This document shows positions 1 to 11,570 of a DNA stretch of 64,000 bases, piece by piece; position 1 is the stretch's first letter; each line of letters starts with the position of its first letter. This DNA comes from Raja brachyura (lineage: Eukaryota). The stretch lies in assembly GCA_963514005.1 (NCBI GenBank), contig OY740796.1, positions 35,712,001 through 35,776,000 on the forward strand, written 5' to 3'. A model generated the notes under the pieces. That model was not told the DNA's origin, made no database searches, and was given only the letters and a program-made list of their open reading frames with translations. The position numbers were made by a program, and so were the translations under genes.

Positions 1-976
1 GAGAACGGTGAATGAGTTAGAACATGAACTCGCTTATTCTGTTGAATGGTTTGGTATGCAAATACATCACCTCGCATTTCAATAAGTACAAGAAGACATA
101 TATTTTCTGTGAACTTGCAGTCACTCATAGGAACAAAAGGTAGTGGAAGGATGACACAGCTTTATTGCTATGTGTGTCATGACCCATGTTTCAGTTAAGT
201 AAAAAAAAAATCGAGCATTGAGGCAGTTAAGCATCTGAACTACAGTGAGAATTATTTACAATTCATTTGTTGGACTGTGACTTGCCTTTTTGATTTTTAA
301 CAGTGTGCAAAGCTACAATTTCTGCAAGCAAACGATAACTGTTCCAAAGCTCCAAAATCACACGATCTCTGGGCAAGTTTCCAATGCCACTTGTGCCTGT
401 TTCAACTTGCAATAAAACTCTGCCAAAAAAAGATAAACTAAGACCATTGTTTTCTCTACAAAGGTATGATTCAGTTTTGTTTTTGAGGATAGGCTGAAGA
501 GCAGGCCATTCAACTTTGGGGTCTATTTCACCATTCAATTAGGTAATTAATCATCTTTGCTTGCACTACTTTTTCCTGCATGTGTTTCACATCCTTTAAT
601 ATAAGAAGTAATGGGTAACGTTTACAATTGCACTAGTGGCAATGTCTTTCATTATTATTGTCTCTACATTTATCATAAGTACCTGGAGCCACATGATGGA
701 AGTTTGTTCCAAACTTTTGCACATTGTGGAAGAACTGCTAGCTTTTTAACAGTTTCAAGTGATTGTTTCAAACCTCTTGTCATTTTGTTATCATTTGGAA
801 GAAAAGTTGGTCTTGGTTTCTCTTCAATTATTAGTGATAGTGCGAGTCCAGTGAGCTAAGATTAAAAAGCAGGACTTGAGCCCATTAGAGCATGTCAAAT
901 TGGTTGAAGAGGGAACCCCGAACAGAATAATTGAAGGCCAGTTGTAAAAACTGCCAGAGGCAAGGGGAACAGGCAA

Positions 977-1100
977 GGAAGGTAGGGGCTCAACCCAAAA
1001 CATCACCAGTCTGTTCTCCAGAGATGCTGCCTGACCTGAGTTACCTCAGCATTTTTTGTCCTTTTGTGTATTAATCAGCATCTGCAGTTCTTTATTTCAA
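977..1100 (+). mobile_element. Penelope-like element terminal repeat fragment, degenerate hammerhead
   Basis: Matches the recurring motif ...cccaaaacatcacc...ctccagagatgctgcctgacc..gagttac..cagcattt...agcatctgcagttc that follows the PLE ORF end at 57372. Confidence 0.7.
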
Positions 1101-1399
1101 CACTATGGCATTAATTCCTTTGTTTGAAAGCAATTAAAATGTTGCAGTTACAATTTATTTTAAACACTCATCATATTCTCACCATAGGGGTCATAAATTC
1201 ACTGGATTTTCAGTTCAATTCCTTGTTTGCAAGCTTTCCAAAGCCAAAGCATTGCATTGTCTTGGAATGAATAGTTCTTTGGAGACTGTTAATCGGCAAT
1301 TATCTGGGTTTCTGAGCTGATATTTATGCTTCACTTGTCTAACTGCTGATGCAAACCTGCAACTGACAATCCAAGGCGCCACCCTGCCTGAGGTCATTT

Positions 1400-1572
1400 G
1401 TTGCCAGCCCTGATTGATCCTGCTCTTTTCTCACCTCCAGTTCTTCAAATCCACCCCACCCCTACCCTTTACTTTCAGTCTGAAGAAGAGTCCCAACCCA
1501 AAACATCACCTATCTCTTTTCTCCAGAGATGCTGCCTTAGCTGCTAAGTTACGCAAGCACTTTGTGTCTATC
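1400..1572 (+). mobile_element. Penelope-like element 3' UTR and terminal repeat, hammerhead core partly mutated
   Basis: cagtCTGAAGAagagtcccaacccAAAAcatcacc...ctccagagatgctgcc...gcactttgtgtcta. Confidence 0.75.
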
Positions 1573-3037
1573 CTGCTTGCCCATCCATTTCCAAGCACAC
1601 AATTCGTTGGGATCCAGTGAATAATAAAAACGCTTCATTTGAAGTCCATCTTAATAAAAATATTTTGATAAATACTGGCCATTGAAGATATTCATTTTAC
1701 CAAGCATGTATCATTTGTTAGTTTTATTTCAGTGAAATTGCCAGGCTGAGGAATGTATAATTGACTTGTAAGCCAAATCATGAACTACCTAACGTATGGC
1801 TAGTTGAAATAATTTACACTTTTGATAGTCACCTTTTGAGGCTATTCATTTATTTCAGCAGTCTGACCACTTAAAAATCCATAGTATCTGACTATGGATG
1901 ATTTGAGTGAAATGAGTTTGGATACTCTAGAATCAATATTGTCAAAAATGGCTCAGAAATCAGACTTGCAGCCCATTGGGTAAAACCTGATATCTATATT
2001 CCACACAATTCTCTTTCAAAGATATTCTATGTTTTATTTAAAACATCTTAAATATTTAAAGAATTTATTTAAAAATTCAACAACTATGGATGCATTTTCC
2101 AAGTTTATGCCCCACAAAATAAATGATCTTCCTGAATATCTCTCAAAGAAACCCATCAGCCTTGAACCTTGGATAACTCTTGCTAAATCATGAAAAAAAA
2201 ATCATTTAGATTTGAAGCATAAATATTTTAGCATTCGAGGTCTGATAATTTACCCATGTCCTATTTTTGTGCTGGGAATGCATTGTTCCAATTTACATTG
2301 ATGTTACTGAGGGTTGGACCTAACTAGCTACAATGTTTTTTATCATTCTACATGTAAACTAGCCCCATTCACAAGTCAATACCCTTATTAGATCTCCACT
2401 ACACGTTTGAATTCTCAATTACTGATGTACAGCATTATGCTGTTTCAGTAAATGTAAATGCACCAATACGGAATTTGCAAAACAGTAACTACATTCAGAA
2501 TAATCACAATGAAATTTCTTGCTCACATGAAGGTTGGTGAGTAAACAGTATACATAGTAATGATAAATACAATGATTGGAATACAAATACAAATACAGAA
2601 CTGGAAAAAATATATAGTGCAATCTGAGTAGTGCAGTAAAATGTTAAGATGCTAAGAATAACCAAAAGAGGGAGAGTTAAGAGTAAAGTTGCATGGCAGC
2701 ACATCTGGGAAGGGGGTGTGAAGGAGGCAATTGATTCAGGATTCTGATATCAGTGGGGAAGAAGCCATTCCTGTCAGTCCATTGTACTATTCAGGGCCCT
2801 GATGCCACCAAGGCCTCACCATTTGTCTCTGGACTAATTTGTTGGGATCCAGTGAATAATAAAAACATTCCTGATCAATGTTCCCAATCTGGCAAACAGG
2901 AGTTCTGAGGAGCAGTGACCATTCAAGGCAGTTCCTATTTGGAAAGCCCAGAGCTTAAAGTCTGGTTCATGAAACATAACTTGCAGATTCAAATAATTCA
3001 AACCTACTAATACAGTAAACCCTTGCATTGGTAGCAA

Positions 3038-3173
3038 AAACAGGAAGGCAGAATATTATCTAAATGGTGTCAAGTTGGGAAAAGGGGAAGTACAACGGGA
3101 TCTGGGGGTCTTTGGGTCTTTGTTCATCAGTCAATGAAAGTAAGCATGCAGATACAGCAGTCGGTGAAAAAAG
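3038..3173 (+). mobile_element. CR1 LINE ORF2 fragment, left part, interrupted by the Gypsy insertion
   Basis: tattatctaaatggtgtcaagttgggaaaaggggaagtacaacgggatctgggggtc...; resumes at 6711 (gaaagcgaatggcattttggccttcataacaagaggagttgagtatagg). Confidence 0.8.
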
Positions 3174-3333
3174 TGTAGATTAGTTATTTCCAACTAACCA
3201 ATTGTAGTGCTTGTTAGTAGTTGATCCACCTAATATGCGATTCATATTACCAAGAGCTTGCAGACCAATGCTGTAAGTGGACTTTAATAAACATGTGTTG
3301 TATCTTGATGTGTGTCCGACTCAACTCATTTCA
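3174..3333 (+). repeat. 5' LTR (160 bp, TG...CA)
   Basis: Aligns to 6508-6710 with about 13 substitutions and a 45-bp indel; contains AATAAA. Confidence 0.93.
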
Positions 3334-3342
3334 TGGTGTCAG
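3334..3342 (+). promoter_or_regulatory. Truncated primer binding site, tRNA-Leu type
   Basis: TGGTGTCAG immediately after the LTR-terminal CA matches the start of the tRNA-Leu PBS (TGGTGTCAGAAGT...). Confidence 0.7.
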
Positions 3343-3344
3343 CC

Positions 3345-6249
3345 ATCCACTCTCTAGTCCCTTCCTCTAATGAGCAACTTGACCCTGAGGCAACCATGTT
3401 TGTGAATAACAAGCCTGTGATCGCAAAGGTTGATACGGGCGCGAAATGCAGCGTCATCTCGTTATCTGAGTTTTTAAAAATTCGTAATGCTGAACATGTT
3501 AAAAAGGCCTCAGCCATGATTCAGGCCTATGGGGGAGATGTTCTACACCTCCTTGGACAGACTGATTTAAACTGCACCACAGACTCGCAATCTCATACCA
3601 TATAGTTTTATGTCATCAAGGGGGACTCGGAGACTCTGCTCGGTACCAATGTATGCCATGATCCAGGCCTAGTATATTTTGGCCACGCTATCCATCAACT
3701 CTTTCTGGCTGAGGGCCCCACTCAGCAAATACTTTCTCAATACAGAGAACTATTTAACGACAAGCTTGGCAAGCTACCCCTCAAGTACCACATTGCTGTT
3801 GATCCCAATGTCACTCCTGAGGTTCGAGCGCCACAAAGTGTTCCACATGCCATGTGTGACAGAGTACACAATGAACTCAAGCGAATGGTCTCCATGGGTG
3901 TCACTGCTGAAGTTATTGACGCATCTGACTGGGTTTCCACCATGGTGGTCGCAAAAAAAAAATGTCCTCCTTAATCCGTATTTGCATAAACCCCAGAGAT
4001 CTCAACGCAGCCATCAAATGCCTGCACTATCCTATGCAAATGGTCGAGGAACCTGCTGCTCAAATAGGCAACGCATCAGTGTTCTCCGTTCTGAATGCCA
4101 GAAGCTCATTTTGGCAGATTCCGCTGGACCCAGACTCGGTCAATCAATCTACGTTCAGCACCCCCTTCGGCCTCTACAAATTCCAGAGAATGACCTTTGG
4201 CATTAACTCTGCCAGCGAAGTTTTCCATCACACGATGGAACAATTGTTTGCGGAGTGTCCATGCGCCATCATTGTTGATGACATTCCCGTCTACGGGCAC
4301 GACTTGGCTGAGCATGACGCCAATCTGAAGAGAGTGCTGGGCTGTGCATGTTTTGAGAGCCGGAAGTTACCTATGTCGGACATGTTTTCACAAGTGATGG
4401 TCTCAGGCCAGACCCATCAAAACTGCAGCTGTCAACGAGATGCCGGTTCCTACTGACATTATGAGTCTACAAAGGTTCCTTGGAATGGTCAACTACCTGG
4501 GGAAATATATTCCCAACCTCAGCGACATATCTGCACCCCTGCAGGAAGTGACACATAAAGGCACTGCATGGTCCTGGTATCCGCAGCACCAAAGATCTTT
4601 TGGTATCCTCAAGTTGCAGCTGGCCAGCGCACCTACCCTCGCCTATTTTGCTTTGGAGTTACCAGTAATGTTCACCTGCGATGCGTCGCAATACGGACTT
4701 GGCGCTGCTTGCCTGCAGACCACTACCGATGGCGACTGCAAGCCTGTTTCAAATGCTTCTCGCACAGTAACTGACACTGAACAACGTTATGCCCAAATTG
4801 AAAAAGAATTGCTCGCAGTCGTTTTCACCTACACAAAATTCAAGGACTTTATTTTTGGGACATTTGTGACTATAGAAACAGACCACAACCCGCTGGTCAC
4901 TATCTTGAATAAACCCATTCATGCTGCTCCCGCTTGCCTGCAACGGATGATGATGCAGCTGATTTCAACATTGTCGATAAAAAAGGCAAGGACACGTTAT
5001 CAAGGGCCCGACACAAAACCAGTGAACAACAACTCTCTGAACAGGACCAGTTCACAGTAATGAAGGTATCGTACGTTCCTACTGATTGCCTAAGCAACCT
5101 GGCAGAGCACACGGCTGCTGACGAGACTTTACAATTGCTGTCCGCAGTCATCCGGCATGGCTACCCGGATAAACAACACACCCCGCTCGTGATCCACCCA
5201 TACTTCCTGGTTTGCGACAAACTGGTGTTACAGGACTGGATTATAGACAAGGGTCACAAGACAGTTGTCCCAGCTGTCCTCCAGGACAAGTACTTGGAGG
5301 CAACTTCACAACTGGCACCAAACATGTTTTACTGGCCTGGTATGACCAAGTACATACATGACAAAACTGAAGTCTGCACCATCTGCAAAAACCTGATGCC
5401 ACACCAGCAGAAGCAGCCCTTACTGCCGCACCTGGTTCCTCCTCTACCGTGGTCCACGGTAGTCACCGACATATTCGAATGGAATGGGAAACACCATCTG
5501 GTTCTTCTCGACTCTTATTCGGGCTGGTTTGACATTGATCTACTCCAAATCATCACATCTGAAGCAGTTATCCAGAAGTTGCAACGCCATTTCTCCGTGC
5601 ACGGTATCCCTGCACGCCTTCTATCCGACCATGGCAGTCAGTTCACCAGCCAGCTTTTCAAAAACATTGCACATCGATGGGCCTTTCGACATATCACCAG
5701 CAGCCCTGAGTTTCCACAGTCCAACGGGCTCGCCGAACGGGCCGTTCGAAGCGCAAAACAACTAATGGAGCGTTCTTACCTGGTTAAATCTGATATCTAC
5801 CTGGACCTGCTCAATTTAAGGAACATTGCCAAACCCGTGCTCCCCTGCCTGTTTCCCAGCAGCTTTTGCAGCTACAAGTTCGTTCTCCGTCTGCGGTCCA
5901 CCAACAACTACAATTCAAGCGCGATACACAAAAACATTTTTTTGACAAATCCAGTAAGCCACTTAAACCTCTCACCAGTGGACAGGTGGCTCGCCTCCAG
6001 ATGAACAAGGACTACGTCCATCTGGGTCACATCCACAGCCCTCCCAAAGAACCGCGCTCCTATTTGATTAATGCGGATGGAGTCATTTACAGACGCAACC
6101 GTCAACATCTCCTACCAGTGAAGGAACCATGTCCTGCGACTCCACATCCAGAGGTTTTGAGTTTTGTATACCCTCCCACTGCCGGAGCAGCTGCTCCACT
6201 ATCAGAGACTGTATCCCCTGCAGCCTCCCCGCGACGTTTTGGCGCCTAG
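3345..6249 (+). pseudogene. pol: Gypsy pol polyprotein, frameshifted: protease, RT, RNase H, integrase
   Basis: KVDTGAKCSVI (protease); IRICINPRDLN, RMTFGI, IIVDDI (RT); TCDASQYGLGA, YAQIEKELLA, ETDH (RNase H); CTIC, VVTDIF, LSDHGSQF, SNGLAERAV (integrase). Split across several ORFs. Confidence 0.93.
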
Positions 6250-6507
6250 CTCGCCTACTTCACCACCTCCCCTCCCCAGCAGGTCCCCGGTCACATCCCC
6301 AGTTGCCTCATCGGTAAGTTTTCTGGTAAAAGGAGAGATGCGGACTGGTACCGCACATGTGCAGGTTAGCAAGTCACCCATTAGATACGGTGATTTTGTG
6401 TAAATGTATATACTTCCCCACATGCGTCATTAACGTTCCGGCTCCTACATTGTTTAGCCATCATGTTCCCACACACCTATGCTTTGTTTTGTTTCTACAA
6501 GGAAAGA

Positions 6508-6710
6508 TGTTGATTGGTTACTTCCTACTAACCAATTGTAGTGCTTGTTAGTAGTTGCTCCACCTAATTTGCGATTTGTATTACCAAGAGCTTGCTTACG
6601 TAATCAGTCTGAGTAGCTGCTAGTTATTGTAATGTCCTGCAGGCCGATGCTGTAAGTGGACTTTAATAAACGTGTTGTATCATGATGTGTGTCCGACTCA
6701 ACTCATTACT
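6508..6710 (+). repeat. 3' LTR (203 bp)
   Basis: Direct repeat of 3174-3333, preceded by a purine tract. Confidence 0.93.
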
Positions 6711-7145
6711 GAAAGCGAATGGCATTTTGGCCTTCATAACAAGAGGAGTTGAGTATAGGCATGGGCAGAAATCGGGGGGGGGGGGGGGGGACGGGGGGAC
6801 ACAGGGACACACGTCTCCCATGTTTTGAGAGGTGGAGACAATCCCCCCCATGTTTTGTAATCTGCATTTTGAATCATTTTAGCGCTTGTTAAATGTCTCT
6901 ATTAACATCGTATTAACATGATGTGTCACCAATTGTGTTTTGACCTGCAAGTATTACTGAAGGTATTCACGGAGAATTTCTTAAACCTGTCTGATGCGAG
7001 TACAATTACCATTTGAACTAATTGGATGTATTGGTGGATGGGAAAGATTTAAACGGGTATCGGATTTAAACGGGTCAGGTCATTAAGGGCTCCGGTCGAA
7101 TGGGTTCCCTCATTCATGGTCACTCACGTTAGTATTTTTTTCCCA

Positions 7146-7169
7146 TCTCTCTCTCTCTCTCTCTCTCTC
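7146..7169. repeat. (CT)n microsatellite
   Basis: Seen directly. Confidence 0.9.
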
Positions 7170-7571
7170 CCCTCTCCTAGGTTGGTTCTTCTGTTTGCCT
7201 TATTTGCTTCCGTTTTATTTGTTTAAGTGATATTTATTACATTGAAAGCTTTTGAAAGATTCAAGCGGGTATCAGACGCTTTCTAAGGGCTGGATTGGCC
7301 CATTCACGGGGCCTTTCATCGCCCAGCATGGCTTAAAATCAAACTGCTGCAACGAGGCGATCGAGGCTCCCAATGTTGAAGCCTCTGCTGGCCAATTTTA
7401 AGCTGCGCCAGGCGATGAAAGGCCCCACAAACGGGCCAATTCAAGCCCCACGATTTGGGGCGGATGAAGCTGCTGTTGCTGGAATTCATAGTCGGTCACC
7501 AACTATGGTCAACCAGGTCAGCCCCCGATGTTACCGTCCACAGGGCGCATGGCCGAAGCCTCCGAGGCCTC

Positions 7572-7624
7572 GCGTGTGTGTGTGCGCGCATGTGTGTGTA
7601 CATGCGTGTGTGTGTGCGCATGCA
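7572..7624. repeat. Alternating purine-pyrimidine (TG/CG/CA) tract
   Basis: gcgtgtgtgtgtgcgcgcatgtgtgtgtacatgcgtgtgtgtgtgcgcatgca; Z-DNA-prone composition. Confidence 0.85.
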
Positions 7625-7665
7625 AGAAATTGTGTGTCCCCCAAATTATGTCCCTCCCATGTTTG

Positions 7666-7735
7666 AATGGCAGTGCTGGCTCGAAGGGCCGAATGGCCTA
7701 TTCCTGCACCTATAGTCGATTGTCTGTTGTCTATT
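7666..7735 (+). mobile_element. CR1 3' terminus
   Basis: gaatggcagtgctggctcgaagggccgaatggcctattcctgcacc, the same tail as at 62030-62100. Confidence 0.8.
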
Positions 7736-9342
7736 AACGAACTTCTATATAGCGGATTTTGGTTATAGCAGAGCGAGGATCCCGTTGCACCACCTATCCA
7801 CTTCCACCAGTTACCCAATAAGATGGTGTTTCGTGACTTACATCTGGTTGTGGGATCAGAAAGAGCGAGCACCATGAAGGCATAAAGTACCAGACCTGTC
7901 CTTGGTGCACTGCGTGTGCGGCCGGGAGCTCTGTGGCTCCCTGGCCTGTAAATTCCTGCTTGATTAAACAACCCCCCTAAAAAAAACATACGTTTCTTCC
8001 CTCCCAGCCTTGGGTTAATCTTTACTCCCTCACTCAGTTACAGTTTAGTAGACATTCAGCAACAGCGGACACCATCCTACCCACATTTGGACAGGTACAT
8101 GGATAGGATAGGATAGGTTTAGAGGGATAAGGCCCAATACTGGGAGGTGGGATGAGTGTAGATCGATCATGTTGGTTGACATGAACATGTTGAGCTTAAT
8201 AAGGACCTGTTTCCATGCTGCGTGACTCTGACTCACTGTGAGTCTAAACAAGAGTATTTACAGATCAGAATAGTCAAACAACTTTTTTTTAAAGCATAAG
8301 AGAGATACAGGTTGATTAATCTGCTGCTTGAATTTTAGATCAGAAAGCATACAACTAGAATCAAATATTAAAACTTATGATTCCAAGTGGTCCAAAGCAG
8401 CAACATTTTATTCCTTTGGATTTCCAATTGTTTGTGGTTCTACCCACCAGGTAACTATTTTTCATAGTTTAACATAATAGAGGCTGATTAATTCTGAAAG
8501 CTTCAGCAGTAGATAAGAATTTAAATGTAGATCAGATTGTTACTTATAGACTGACCTCTTTAAAAAATGCATTGCTCATTTATTAGGTGGTAGGTGGCTT
8601 CAATTTTAAACTGTCAACCGATGTTGTTCTATCTTACTCAAAGGAATTTTAATTACATTTGGGAAAATAGTTGCTGCAAATAAGAAACTTGTTTAAGTAG
8701 GTTAAATACAAGAACTGTAGCAAGATGCAATGCTAACTTTATTTCTAGGTCACAGGAAAATCAAGTTACAACGTTATAGTCTATTTTTAAGATGAAATAA
8801 AGCTAGATATATATTTATAAAGAGTTGAGAATAGTTTTGGTGTGTAGAATCTACAATAAGAGAACATTCTGGGAATGGTTAGTAAGCTAGTAACATCTGA
8901 AGTGCAAAACAAAAGGAACAAGTAAGGAAACAAAAGCTGTTTAATAAAATAAAATAAATAAAAGCAGTTTGCTATTCGACTGGAACGAGTATTTTGGCAT
9001 TCTGAATAGTGGGAATGGTAGGAGATAAAATGGCAAATGTGGCATTTCCAGTTGTTGCATATGAGGAGGCTGTGGGAAGGGAGGGAAGAGAAGAAGTGTG
9101 GGGCTTGGTTGAGGAATGCTCTAATATTTCCTGCCCCATTCATATCTTCTTTTGCTCTGCACCATCATGGTTTATTTGTCTCTGTCTCCACATCCCAGGG
9201 CAGGCCCTTTCTTTAGGTGTGTTCTCTCCCACTTTTCATTGCAGCTACATTCCTCATAAGCTGCTGCCTACGCTAACGTTTTCTAACTCCGCTGAAAAAC
9301 CATTGACCTAAAATAGTACTCCTGTCCCCTGCACAGACTTAA

Positions 9343-9668
9343 AGCCCTATCCCACTGTACGAGTACATTCAAAGAGTTCTCCTGAGTTTGCCCTTATTCG
9401 AACTCAGAGATTTACGGTAAAGGCCGTTTATCGGTATTCGGGGCTCTCGTGGACATTTTTCAACATGTTGAAAAATCTTCACGAGTCTTCCCAAGCTTAC
9501 CTGCCGTTGGCGAGTCTTCCCGAGTATCTGCCGTTAGCGTTACGAGCCACTAAGAGACGTCCCCGAGCTCCGACGTACCCGCTACGTTCATTCTCCGTGC
9601 TTACCACGAGTTCGATTTTTTTTAACTCGGGAGAGCTCTTGAATGAACTCGCATCGTGGGACAGGGCC
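9343..9668. mobile_element. PIF/Harbinger-like MITE
   Basis: Imperfect ~40-bp TIRs (agccctatcccactgtacgagtacattcaaagagttctcc / ggagagctcttgaatgaactcgcatcgtgggacagggcc) in a TTA/TAA context; CpG-rich interior with internal tandem repeats. Confidence 0.75.
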
Positions 9669-10085
9669 ATAAGACCCTTGATTATTTTTGGTATTACTGT
9701 TAACTTCCGGTAACTGGGGTATTTTACTTCTGATTCGCGATTTCAGACATGTTTCTTAAAAAAAAAAGTAAATTGCCAGCTGTTCACCAAGTAACACCTT
9801 GCTTCATCTCTGCTGATACATTATGTTTCATTTAATTGAATATTTTCTTATCTTTGCATTAAGTGTTAGATGGGTAACCATTTGCAATAAGCCAGTTGAT
9901 TTGGGTCATGTTGCAAACGGTGATATTTTAGTTTTCTTCCTAAAGTAAGATCGACAGTTTTGTTTTCAAATGAGCATGCAATGAATGTTAAGTATCTTTT
10001 TTATTCAGTTCATCATGATAAAGTTTGCATATTAAATTTTAACTTTTGTTAAAGAACAATATGATATTCCAGTTGATCTTTGTAG

Positions 10086-10520
10086 TGTCAGCTATGATTC
10101 AGATGATAGCACTCTCAAACATGCAGTCAGTAGGTTTCAAGTCACACTCCAGAGACCAGGTTAAGACACTTAGAGTTGTACTGATGCTGAGGTATTGCTG
10201 CATGGCCGAAGGTAAAGGCTCTCAGATGGGAAGTTACATTGAGGCTTCAGCTGTTCTCTTAAAATAGTGCAGAGTGATCTTTAAAGAAGGGCTGTAGAGT
10301 TTTCCCAGGTGCTTAATATATTTTAATGATCCAACATCTTTAAAAGCAGATTTTGATTGTTATCATACTGCTACTTCTGGGAGCTGGCTCTACCCCAACT
10401 GGTTGTCCTGTTACTGCACCACAGCCAATAAAGAACTTTTGAAACATAGTTGCATTCATAAAGTTATTTGGAACATTTTGTGGGGGGGAGTGAAAGGTAA
10501 CATGTAAAGGCAATGTCCGT
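10086..10520 (+). mobile_element. Ancient Deu-domain SINE (SacSINE1-like), diverged
   Basis: gtcagctatgattcagatgatagcactctc...ttcaagtcacactccagagac head and ...aaaagcagattttgattgttatcatactgc...gtgaaagg tail resemble the recalled DeuSINE layout. Confidence 0.55.
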
Positions 10521-10599
10521 GTATTTTGTTTCAGAAGCAAAATAGTGCAGATGTTGGAATTCTGAAATAAAACATGAAATGTTGGAAAGGGAAATCAAG

Positions 10600-10860
10600 C
10601 TGGAGGTTGAAGAGAGATTCAATAGAAATATATAAAATTATGAGAGGCAGCAAGCGGGTAGGGAGTCAGAACCTTTTTTCCCAGGGTGGAAATGATGATG
10701 ACGTTTAAGAGGCTTTTAGATAGGCACATGGATATGCAGAGATTAGAGAGTTATGGATCATGTATAGATAGATTAAATTAGTTTAACTTGGCATCATTTT
10801 GGCACAGAAAATGTGGACTGAAGGGTTGGTTCCTGTGCTGTAATGTTCCATGTTCTATAT
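10600..10860 (+). mobile_element. CR1 LINE 3' fragment, old
   Basis: ggaggttgaagagagattcaatagaaatatataaaattatgagaggc...tttaagaggcttttagataggcacatggat...gtgctgtaatgttccatgttcta. Confidence 0.7.
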
Positions 10861-11314
10861 TAAGTGGTAGTTGTGGAGAATTATACTATTATTATTTGAG
10901 GTTGTTGACATTTTGGTTCCTTAAACTCATTGACCTGAGACATTAATTCCTCTCCCTCTACAGCTGCTATCTGACTGCTGAGTATTTCCAACACTTTCTG
11001 TTCACTTTTCACTCTTCTTTGTTACTTTTACCAAAGAGTAAAGGAAGTAAGCCTCAGCAACCAGGCTTGTTTGGGACTGAATCCAACTCATCCTACTTAA
11101 ACACCATTGGAGAAAAGAAACTATAATCCTCTCTGTATATAGTGTGATTGAAGTTCAAATCCAAAAATTGAAAGGCTGATGCTTTCTGCCAAGACAAGGC
11201 TTTTCTGCTTAGAAAATGGAAAGGTGAAAGATACTAGCATCCACAGTAGGTTGAGTCTCAGGTCTAAGTCATTCAGCTCCTTGAGAATGCACCAATATTG
11301 AATAACAATTCAAT

Positions 11315-11570
11315 GGAGTGACACAGTGGCACAATGGTAGCATTGCTGCCTTACAGCGCCAGAGACCCAGGTTTGATTCTGACCATGGGGGCTGTCTGTC
11401 TGGAGTTTGTATGTTTTCTGAAACTCCATGGGTTTTCTTCGAGTTTTCTACCACCCTCCAAAGATGTACACATGTGTAGGTTATTTAGCATCGGTAAGTT
11501 GTAAAATTTACAACTTCAGTAGGCCAAAGAGCCTGTTTCTGCACTGTATATCTAGTCTAAAGTCTAAAGT
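11315..11570 (+). mobile_element. tRNA-derived SINE (HE1/V-SINE-like)
   Basis: A-box-like gtggcacaatggtag, B-box-like ggtttgattc, core gctgtctgtctggagtttgtatgttttc, tctaaag tail. Confidence 0.8.

Larger units (their letters stand above)
3174..6710 (+). mobile_element. Ty3/Gypsy LTR retrotransposon (Mag-like clade), decayed, gag deleted
   Basis: LTRs 3174-3333 and 6508-6710; PBS TGGTGTCAG at 3334; PPT acaaggaaaga just before 6508; near-perfect 5-bp TSD aaaag (3169-3173) / gaaag (6711-6715); PR-RT-RH-IN domain order. Confidence 0.95.
6760..7665. mobile_element. Non-autonomous DNA transposon (hAT-like), right end lost, inserted in CR1
   Basis: Begins catgggcagaaatcgggg...gggac with repeated gggac/gtccc subterminal motifs; tgtcccc motifs recur at 7635-7660; then joins directly to a CR1 3' tail. 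Confidence 0.5.

Noticed and set aside
263-538. 91-aa ORF as a host gene
   Set aside because: No recognisable domain or convincing splice context; ORFs of this length arise by chance.
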